DNA of 64,000 nucleotides, from the NCBI GenBank assembly GCA_963693365.1, contig CAVNZM010000006.1:9427355-9491354 (forward strand), written 5' to 3'. This DNA comes from Amoebidium appalachense (Eukaryota > Protista > Ichthyosporea). Shown in pieces: positions 48,711 to 64,000 of the stretch. Below the pieces are notes generated by a model, which did no database searches, was not told where the DNA came from, and was given only the letters and a program-made list of their open reading frames with translations. Positions within the stretch are counted from its first letter, which is position 1. Each line of letters begins with the position of its first letter. The translations under genes were made by a program, and so were the position numbers.

Positions 48711-49631
48711 TAAACAAAATGAAAAGGAAGAAGAAGAAGAAGCAGAAGGAGAAAGAAGATGGAGGAGACGAATGAGGAGGAGGACATCCAGCACCATGCA
48801 AACTAACAGCCTTGTACACGAACACACACCCAACCAGAAACACGTATATGAGCAGGCGGCGGTAAGGAGGCAGACAGGCAGGCAGGTAGGCAGGCAGGCA
48901 GGCACGTGCACAGGCTTGGCCTATTTTGATATTCCCCATAGCCCAGCATGCCCAATCAACACCAGCGTGAATCCACAGTCACACAGAAAGCCTTATCGAA
49001 TCCATTATGCCCATGCTCACTGTGTGCCTACCTTGATTAGTGCTAGTTGCTTCTGGATGCGTACTCGCATGGCATCCACAGAGCCGGATGTTTTCACCTG
49101 CAAAAAACGAAGTCTGTGTAAATGATCAACCTACTGTGGTAAAGTAAAGAACAGGCCATAGAATTCCATTACGCAAAATCTTACATTCAGCTCTCGGATG
49201 CTTTGGTGAACCCTTCTAATGTTACTCCTCTGAAACGACCTGCCTCGTCACCACCACCACCATTCCACTCCCCTCTCTCCAACCTATGATAGAAAGGATA
49301 TGGAGCTTGCCCAAACACATGTATTACGTCAATCCCTCACCCCCCCCCCCCCCCCCCCCCCCCCCCCAAAAAAAAGGGGGATTACGCACAAAAGCACACA
49401 GCAAAGGGCCAATGGATAACGCTTATGAGATCCCATCGATTCGTACATCCGTTGGTGCACGTATGCAAGTCTGCCCACTGAGCCACTGTATGGCTAGCAT
49501 ACAGCGATACGACCAAATGGGCTGAGGTACGGCTCTGCAGGTGTGCTATATGATATGTGACAGAGCGTATTGGTGCAAATAGCAGTGAGCAGGTGTGCTC
49601 TAGCGGCTTTGCCCCTGTGCGTCTGAGACAG

Positions 49632-49691
<60 letters not shown>

Positions 49692-51126
49692 ATGCATGTG
49701 CGTACGTGCGTTCGTGTGTGCGCTGTGAGTGTGAGTGAGGGGATGAGTGAGTGTGTGAGGGAGTGTGTGCCTGCGTGCGTGCGTGTACGTGTGCATGCGC
49801 TGGGAGTGTGAATGGGGGTGTGAGTGTGAGTGTGAGTGTGTTTGTGTGTGCGTGTGCGGTGTGTGTGTGTGCGGAGGCGGCGGTGGCCGGGGGGAGGGGG
49901 GGGGAGGGGCGGGGCGGGGGGAGGGGGTGGAGGGGGGGGGGGGCGGAGGGGGGGGGGGGGGGGGGGGGGGGGGCTGGCATACCCTCAGCAGGTGGGCCAG
50001 AGCCACGACACACAGCTCGTCCAGCTTGAAGAGGGTCAGGTGGCCCTTGACGACAGGCACCACGATCTGGATGTCCTCCTTGGACAGCGGCTCACCAAGC
50101 CGGATGCGCTTGAGTATGTCCATCACAAACACCTGGTGGCATGCTACACCATCGGCAAGCTGGGGGGATTACAAGAGTTGGGTCAAGCTTGATGATGTAA
50201 AGGAACTTCAACTATGTTGTAGACTTACCGAAGGTTGTGCAAGATTGTAGATACAAAGGAGGCTCGACATTGTTGTAGATATAAAAGAGGTTGGGCTGTG
50301 TTGTAGATAGAACGGAGGTTTATCATATTGTAAAAGTGACGGAGAGTGAACTACGTTGTAGATATAAAGGCACTACGTGTCATGCAAATGCATGTGCGTG
50401 CATGTTTTCAAAGCATCACTAATGATAAACGTTGTCCCTTGACGAGGAATGTAACATGAGCGGACATCGTAGAAGAATCGTCGTGTGTATATATGGAACC
50501 GACTGCTTTATCGTTTTGGGCCCCAGGGGGGCAGGGAACGGGGGGGGGGGGAGGGGGTTGTGGAAAGGCACCGGTCACGGTATGGGGGAGTGTGGCAGTG
50601 AGAGCGTCTCACCTCAAAGTAATGATTTTGCAGAATTCTCTTGCTCTTTAGCCTTTCGGGAATTTCATTGAAGTATTCATTTTCTGGAAACCTGGTGGGG
50701 AGGGGGGAGGGAGATGGGCCTTTTTACTTGCCTCTCCAACAGTACATACCATCAATGACCTGCTCTATGAGGTTCATGCTCCCCCCCCCCCCTCCCCCCC
50801 CCCCCCTCCCCTCCCCCCCTCCCCCCCCCCCCCCCCCCAAAAAAAAAAAAAAAAAAAAAGAAGAAACGGGGGGGGGGGGGGGGGGGGGGGGGGGTGAATG
50901 CGTCAAAAAGTACGAAGTACACAAGAACAAAGGGGTAACACGATGCAGAATGCAAGCCATACATAAAGAGTATGCATAATAAGCAGAGCCCATCCTCAAG
51001 GGGGGCCCACGTCATCCACGGTACCCGAGTTTCGACCTATTCCCCTCGTTAACGATACCCAACTCAGATACTGTTTCACTTGAACATGGGTAGGTCACCC
51101 GTCTTGATCAGAGACGAGCGGGGGAA

Positions 51127-51162
<36 letters not shown>

Positions 51163-51768
51163 CATGTTGTGTCCTTTTTTCGACTCTATCGATATCCGTT
51201 TTTCAAGAACATGCACTTTGCATAAACTAAAGCTTCACACGACCGTCCCTTCAACCCACCAGATATCTGAAACACTATTATCCCTAGCCGATTAAACTTC
51301 CTGCCATCACCACAACCAACTTGTAGGGCATCTTATCACATACATATGTATTGTATTTCATTGCGCATCCAATGTACCAAAAACTGCTGACTGTTTTCGC
51401 AAACTACCAGAATACATTTATAGCACCTGAGCAAAAACTTACTTTTCTTCAAAGGTTGAAGGCAACAACGATGGGAAGATTTTTAGTGCAATCGGTAGCA
51501 ACAGCTCCGCCCCGGGTACAATAATGAAGAATGAAAAAGGAATCTGTACAGGTTTCGTCAAAAAAAAGCCCCACATTGGATGCACTGACAAGCAAACACA
51601 TAAATCAGGACCCACGCAGACAATCAGCCTAATAATGCATACACAAGCTGGCCCACACGAGGATCTCAAATTCGTGTACAAAGAAGACACATATTCACAT
51701 AAGACAAAAAATAAACGGTCATTCTGCAGGAAGATTAAACGCCCCCTTCCCCCACCCCTCCATCCAAC

Positions 51769-51799
<31 letters not shown>

Positions 51800-52007
51800 G
51801 TCAAACCTCTACACATACAGAATTATGCGGCTAACCAATAAGACAAACCCTCTCCCTGCACAAGAAACTCCAACACGAATGTTAGAAAACTCATGTACTC
51901 AGAGAGATAGCCGTAAACGACCGGCTGTGTGGCTGCAGATACAAATACAGGAAGAGAGTGAAGATAGAGAAACGACATGGGCGATGGTACCTGAGGGGCC
52001 GAAGGGG

Positions 52008-52054
<47 letters not shown>

Positions 52055-52433
52055 CTCGCACACAAAGATTTCTCAAGTGAGGGGGGTGAGGGCAGGACCG
52101 GCGGGGGGGGGGGGGGGGGGGGGGGGGGGAGGATGTTGCGAACCATTCGAAACAGGTCTGCCGTTGTCATCATCAGCAATCGCTGTTCTCTGCGCATCAG
52201 CTGCTCGCCTCTTTTCAATTTCCTTAGCAGCCCCCTGCATTCCCCAAGCAGTCGTAAGAACAAGCAGAGCATGCGAGCAAAGACGCAACACCAACCAACC
52301 TTTCCTCAGAAGCTCACAGCAACACACTCCGTGCCACCTCCCCCCCCCCCCCCCCCCCCCCCCCTTTCTCTCTTTCTCTCCCCACCCCCCCACCCCACCC
52401 CTCCTCCCTACCATCCCCATCTCTTTCTGCCCG

Positions 52434-52478
<45 letters not shown>

Positions 52479-53381
52479 CTCACCAAAGCACATATGTTGA
52501 CAAGCGCGCGCACACACACACACCAGCGACCTGTCCCTTACACCCCCCCCCTCTTCCTCGTTTCCTCCTCCATCCCCTCCTCCTCCTCCCCAAACTCTCT
52601 ACAAAAGCACTCGCACGCCACATAAAAAATATATCCCTGCACATGCACACAGACAAACTGTGCACGAGCCCAAAGCCACAATCATCCCTTCTATCTCTTC
52701 CCTGTTTTCCCCTACCTTTCCACCTTCCACCTCCCACCATTCATGTTTTTCAAAACCAGTACCATACCTCCCCCCTCCCTCCCTCCCCCCCCCCCCCCCC
52801 CCCCCCACACACACATATACACAAGACACACCCACCCAACCCTTCCCCTATCTAAGGTGCATAACAAAAGGCGCAAAAGCAAAAGCACATACCATGTTAC
52901 TTTTGTATTTGTATATAGCAGCTGGGTGCCGTGCCACGTGTGTTGCAGCCCATGCTTTACCGTGTCCCATAGCTGTGCAGCTGTTGAAAAGCACATCAGT
53001 ATCATATGTGGGCGAAAGGAGGGGGGAGTGGGGGGGGGGCATAACAAGTGACGGAGATAAATTGCCCGAGAAGAAGGGGGGAGGGGGGTTCAAGCCATTT
53101 TGAAGCCCCTCACTCATGCACCCCCCGGCCATTTGTCCCCTTCCCCCCCTCCCCCCTCCCCCCCCTCCCCCCACACACACACACACCACCACCACCACCT
53201 CCTCCCTCCCCCCTACACACACACGTCCCTCCCTCCTCCCCCTCCCCCAACCTCCCCACACACACACACACACAACGCACACAAACACACACTCTCACAC
53301 TAACAACACACTAAATATATGTATATACCACCACCTCCTCAATCCCCCCCCCACACACGTCCCTCCCTCCTCCCCCCCCTC

Positions 53382-53417
<36 letters not shown>

Positions 53418-54481
53418 ACCCACCCACCCACACACACTCACTCACACCAACTACACACTACTTTTCCTGAAAGTACCTTTCCTTATCACCAGCCATGCCT
53501 TCCAAATTCAAACACATTGCCGTATCAAGGGGGGCTCACCTCTAGTTTTTGGCACAGGGTCCTTGTACACTCCGGCCTCCCTCCTTGCAGCTACAAGCTC
53601 CTTGTGTCTATTCTTCATCAAAGTTAGCAATTCCTTTCGGTCATGTTCCCTTTTTGCCACTTCCTCTTTGAGTAGCTTGCGTGGGTCTTTCTCTGACTGG
53701 GCCTTCTTCGGTACCTCAGACATGTATCGCCGTTGAATGGCTAGTTGCTGGAACACCTTTCGAGAAGGTGCTTGCCTGCAAACGAACCTTATTTAGAAAG
53801 CCTCCAACCCTAACAAACATTAAATTCACACCGCCACAAAGAGAAATGTGAATGTGCACGCACACACAGACGTTCACCGGTGCTTCATTAGCGCGTGAGA
53901 TTGCAGGGTACAAGCCGAGTGGCTATGCACTTGAGCACAGGGTGTGTAAAGCTGTTCTTGCACTTGTACATATGCCCCAGATAATTCCTCTTGTGTCAGT
54001 TAACGTGTCGTTCACAGCATGTGCGCCTGAACATGTGTTTGTGTGCATGTATGCGGCAAATACATCACACATTAGTTGTGGGCCCTGGGGGGAGGGGGGC
54101 GGGGGAGGCGCCCGGAAGGTGGGCGTGGGGCAGGGCGGGGATTTGGAGGGGGGGGGGGGGGGGGGAGGGGGGGAAGCACAGCCTCTATCCCGAGACCCGT
54201 GAATTTTTTAACGCACACGCCACGCCTGCCATGATATAGAGTTCAAACAGTATCTCTCACGTATAGCTGATGTGTAGCAGGATGGCTGCGAGTGTGATGA
54301 AGCAGCAATATAGCTGATGTGTAGCAGGATGGCTGCGAGTGTCATGAAGCAGCAGATCGGCCTACCTTGTAACGGTGCAGAAACCGTGCGCCCTGACAGC
54401 TTGCTGCAGTCGTGCGGCAGACTGTAGGCTGGCTTGATGGCGCCAGAGCTGCAAGCTCCGGCTGGCTAGTGTGGCGGCCAT
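46308..54481 (-). CDS. LETM1: LETM1/Mdm38 family mitochondrial inner-membrane protein, multi-exon
   Basis: Exon 1 at 54366-54481 (MAATLASRSLQLWRHQASLQSAARL, presequence-like); 53540-53775; about 52145-52235 (RGEQLMRREQRLLMMTTADLFRM); about 51443-51544 (IPFSFFIIVPGAELLLPIALKIFPSLLPSTFEEK); about 49984-50132 (TLFKLDELCVVALAHLL); about 48280-48385; about 47683-47807 (LQQQLADWIELSTDPNIPLLLL); about 46775-46876; last exon 46308-46443. Some internal exons are unresolved. Confidence 0.88.
47200..47637 (-). mobile_element. Family B element, apparently full-length copy B5 (LETM1 intron), with poly-G on both sides
   Basis: Same two ends as B2 at 17384-17820. Poly-G at 47177-47197 and from 47637 to 47666. 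Confidence 0.9.
50189..50375. repeat. Degenerate minisatellite with a 28-bp period (about 7 units)
   Basis: TTGTA(GAT) starts at 50217, 50245, 50273, 50301, 50328 and 50356, with a weaker unit at 50189. Each is followed by an A-rich/GGAGG block and a variable ~9-nt segment. Confidence 0.7.
50895..51119 (-). mobile_element. Family A element, 5'-truncated copy A3 (LETM1 intron)
   Basis: Near-identical to A1 and A2, with poly-G on both sides. Confidence 0.85.
54262..54354. repeat. 47-bp tandem duplication in LETM1 intron 1
   Basis: TATAGCTGATGTGTAGCAGGATGGCTGCGAGTGT(G/C)ATGAAGCAGCA occurs twice. Confidence 0.9.
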
Positions 54482-55273
54482 AGGCGAGCAATACCGCAGT
54501 TAGCTAAGTAATGATGATTGACTGAGTAGAATCAGGGGGTCCTTCCCTCAAGAACGAAGTGATATAGAATACTTTTATCATAACTGTAACGAGTAAAATG
54601 ATCCGAATTAGAAAGAAGTTTCGTTCTATTTTTCAACCATGAGTATAAAATTTCTTAGTGGGAACCCTGTGTCTTCTGCCGTGAGATTTCCCAACCAAGA
54701 TAAATCCAGAGCTGGCGAATACACGCCCAAAGTTTCCCTTCACGTTGTCATGAAGCAACAGTCTTACGTCGATCTTGCGTTATTTCTTGCTTTGTTCGCA
54801 ACGAAGTGCCTGTGCTACATGAACTATCCAAACCCCTTTGTTCTGTAAAACTGCTTTCTGCTGTGTCCCGAGGTTTTATCTAGAAGGCCTTGGTCCCGAG
54901 TCAACCTTTTTAGTGGGCCAAGCCGCTAAGAAGCACATGACAACGCCAGCCTGCGTCACGGCCGAAACGGTCTGACGGTTGCTGAGAAAAGCATGGCTTT
55001 CCATGTGCCTTATCAGAAAGCAGATCTGCAGCCAATAGGATGGCTTTGCTGACGTCGCATTAATCTATATATGGCAAGTATGTAATCCATATATGGAAGG
55101 TAAATGTGGAACATGCTGAGCCACACTGACTGGTGCCATCGTTCGGTGCACATGCATGCTGCCCATCTGCCTTGCTGCGATGTTGTTGACTCGGACGGAC
55201 TTACTATCAGTCATAAGGCAGGATTTCAGCGCACTGAGGTAATAACGGAGCAGGCCTCATTCGCAATTGAAAA

Positions 55274-61487
<6,214 letters not shown>

Positions 61488-61684
61488 ACTGATTATGGTG
61501 TGGTCGAAGGATTTGATTGGTGGGTGTGTGATATGGCAGGCAGTTGAATGAAACCGTGTCCTACTTTTTCCCTGATCGCTTCTAAGCCATAGGTAAACGG
61601 GGAGAAGTAGTCACTATGCCCTCAACGTAGTCGAAAGTGATAGCGGCATGACCCTCCCCCCCCCCCCCCCCTCTCCCCCTTCCC

Positions 61685-61716
<32 letters not shown>

Positions 61717-62156
61717 TACCCCCCCACCCACCCACCCACCACCACCTCTACACACACATACACACTCACACAAACACACACATTATAATGTACACTAAGA
61801 CAACCCAAGATCTAGGTATGTCTCCACAAGACACGGTGTACCGTTTTGTATGCAATGCATTACGGTTGCTTGGCCACTGTGTGCATGCACGTGATGGGAC
61901 CCTTTGCACTGCAGCTGGATGCAGGGCTCGTCATGTAAACGTGTACACGTTCAGTCATTATGATTACGTTGATTTCGCCTGTTCGAAATATATTGAAGTC
62001 AATCGGCTAAAGTATCCTCTACCGTCTTTTGCCACGGTGTTCAGAGGGCCGTGCTTATAATTATGTCTGGCTCATGTGATCGCACACTTTCACATTGAAT
62101 GTTTCGTATATGTATGTGTGCATGTGCTTGCCCGCACATGTGCAATGTCATTCAGC

Positions 62157-62187
<31 letters not shown>

Positions 62188-62337
62188 CAACAACCCTGGC
62201 CCCCAAGATCTTCTCCTTGGTTCCACAGAAGAGCTTTTCTCAGGAATTTTTCGTGTGTGTGTGAGTGTGTGCGTATGTGTTGTGTGTGGTGGTGGTGATG
62301 GTGGTTGTGGGGGGAGGAGGAGGGGGGGGGGGGGGGG

Positions 62338-62565
62338 TTTGAATGCGTCAAAAAGTACGAAGTACACAAGAACAAACGGATAACACGATGCAGAATGCAA
62401 GCCATACATCATTGAAAGAGTATGCATAATAAGCAGAGCCCATCCTCAGGGGGGGCCCACGTCATCCACAGTACCCGAGTTTCGAGTTAAAGTTGCAGCA
62501 GTAAGCAGAAGCAAGAAAAATATAGATAGGAACTCAGGAGACGGGGCTTCTAGGAAGCTCCCCCG
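62338..62565 (-). mobile_element. Family A element copy A4 with an internal deletion, intergenic downstream of DNMT2
   Basis: 62338-62485 is the family A 3' portion and is directly fused to 62486-62565, which equals A2 26820-26895. Poly-G lies on the 3' side. Confidence 0.85.
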
Positions 62566-63049
62566 GGGAGGTTGCACTTTCGCTTGGTAGATACAAATGA
62601 ACAAGGCATCAGATTCTTCGGATCCGAGATATAATATCTGTGTACGCGGTGTATGGGCCATCTGCTTATACAAGAAGCAGCCAGTACACTGAGATCCTGT
62701 GCTAGCGCTATTGATTTAGAATAGGTCTAATATCATTTCACATGAATGTTAAGGCTGTACACTCACGATTTATGGGCGGCGTGGTTCGATCATTCGTGCT
62801 TTCATTCGGCATAGTCTTACATAAAATTCAAGCTAGGGGCATTGGAATATCTCATACAAGTGCACGTTAACATATCTGATTCGTAACGGCAACACTTCAA
62901 TAACACTATTGTGAGTGAAAGCCAAAAAACAACAACAATCAAAGCACAGCCATGATCGTTAAACTGTATGTCACTGACTTCCCCTTCAACTAATCATCTA
63001 CTTGAAGGGCCTTTTCTCCTACCACTACACTCTGCAGTAGATTCCGTCT

Positions 63050-63683
63050 CTATGGCAGCACTTGCGACCTCCTATCATCAAACAAATAGTCCATCAAACA
63101 CCTTGCCACCAGCACATTGAGTGAGTTGCCGAGCAGCCTGTATGCCACCTTGGTGGATATGCTGGGAGGGAAGTTGAAGGTCTCGGGCAGGCAGTGCAGC
63201 CGTGCTATCTCTCTCTCGGTGAAGTAGCGCACACCAAGGGACATGATCCGGTCACCACTTTGCGTCATTTCCTCGTCACAATCTGACAGAGAGATATGGG
63301 TACGATCAGTGGTGGGTGAAGAAAGAATAGCAGGCACTGATGGAGGTGAAGTGCAAATGCGCGAGCACGATTTGTGTGTAGAGTGGGGGTGGAAGGGAGA
63401 GAGAGAGGGGTGTGGAGGAGGGGGGGGGATGCATGTGTGTGTGTGTGTAAGTGTGTGGGTGTGTGTGTGTCACGTGTGCATGTGTGCGTGTGCCCCCCGT
63501 GTATGTGGATTTATATCATAAAAATAGTAGAGAGTGAAGGACAGGAAAAGGGCAAGGACAGGGAAGGAGGTTGGGCATTAGAGCTCACATGCGGCACGTT
63601 GAGACCCACCTGGCTCGAAGGCTCTGTCGGCATCCTTCCTTGCCTGCACCAAGGCCAGATGGCTGTCAAACACCTCTTTGTAC
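63050..63683 (-). CDS. TRDMT1: DNMT2/TRDMT1 tRNA C38 methyltransferase, last two exons (gene continues beyond the window)
   Basis: Last exon at about 63050-63282 encodes SLGVRYFTEREIARLHCLPETFNFPPSISTKVAYRLLGNSLNVLVARCLMDYLF, matching C5-methyltransferase motifs IX-X with the DNMT2-type RYFT and YRLLGNSLNV. Preceding exon at about 63609-63683. Confidence 0.85.
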
Positions 63684-64000
63684 TGTGACGGTGGAGGGGA
63701 AACGACATGCAGGGTTAGATGGCAAGTAAAAAGGGAGGTCAAGAAAGAGGGGGGGGGGAGGGGGGGGGGGGGGGGAGGGGGGAGGGGAGGGGGGGGGGGA
63801 TTGGTGGGCGGGGTTAGGTCGTTGGGTGGTGTGTATGTGCGTGCGTGTGTGCATGGAGTGTGTGCAGGTGTGCGCTCATGCGAGTGTGTGTCCATGTATG
63901 TGTGCGTGCTGGTGGTGTGTGTCTGGGAGGTGTGTGTGTATGGGGAGGGGGGGCGAGGGGGAGTGTTGGTGCTTTCCCAAGAAGCCCCTGCTCATCACAC

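Noticed and set aside
50189-50375. CRISPR array (TGTTGTAGAT resembles the end of Cas12a repeats)
   Set aside because: The period is only 28 bp, the repeats are degenerate, the TCTAC stem partner is absent, there are no cas genes, and it lies in a eukaryotic intron.
63050-63337. Bacterial or viral restriction-modification methyltransferase
   Set aside because: The gene is spliced and has the DNMT2-type C-terminal signature.

Overview
Intron-rich eukaryotic genomic DNA. The animal-like AGGF1, MRG15 and XPO1 orthologues suggest a unicellular holozoan, but the organism is an inference. Introns are packed with poly-G/poly-C runs and (CA)n, (CT)n and (GCGT)n microsatellites, so nearly all ORF-track entries are repeat artefacts. 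Spliced genes reconstructed by eye: AGGF1-like (-, 4147-14648), MRG15/Eaf3 (+, 16392-24173), exportin-1/CRM1 (-, 25740-39378), LETM1 (-, 46308-54481), a cyclophilin with an N-terminal hydrophobic anchor (+, about 55274-61487) and the 3' end of DNMT2/TRDMT1 (-, from 63050 past the window edge). There is also an intronless bacterial-type GST (+, 15050-15659, one homopolymer frameshift). The most striking unexplained signal is a group of at least 10 related short non-coding interspersed elements (families A and B plus one diverged C copy). A and B copies share a fixed 3' end (...GTACTTCGTAC-N7-CGCATTCAA) running into a C tract rather than poly(A), are variably 5'-truncated, and carry an RNA fold supported by covariation. 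All nine clear intronic copies are in the host gene's sense orientation. This looks like a poly(C)-tailed or poly-G/C-targeting retroposon system. No autonomous reverse transcriptase was seen in the window.
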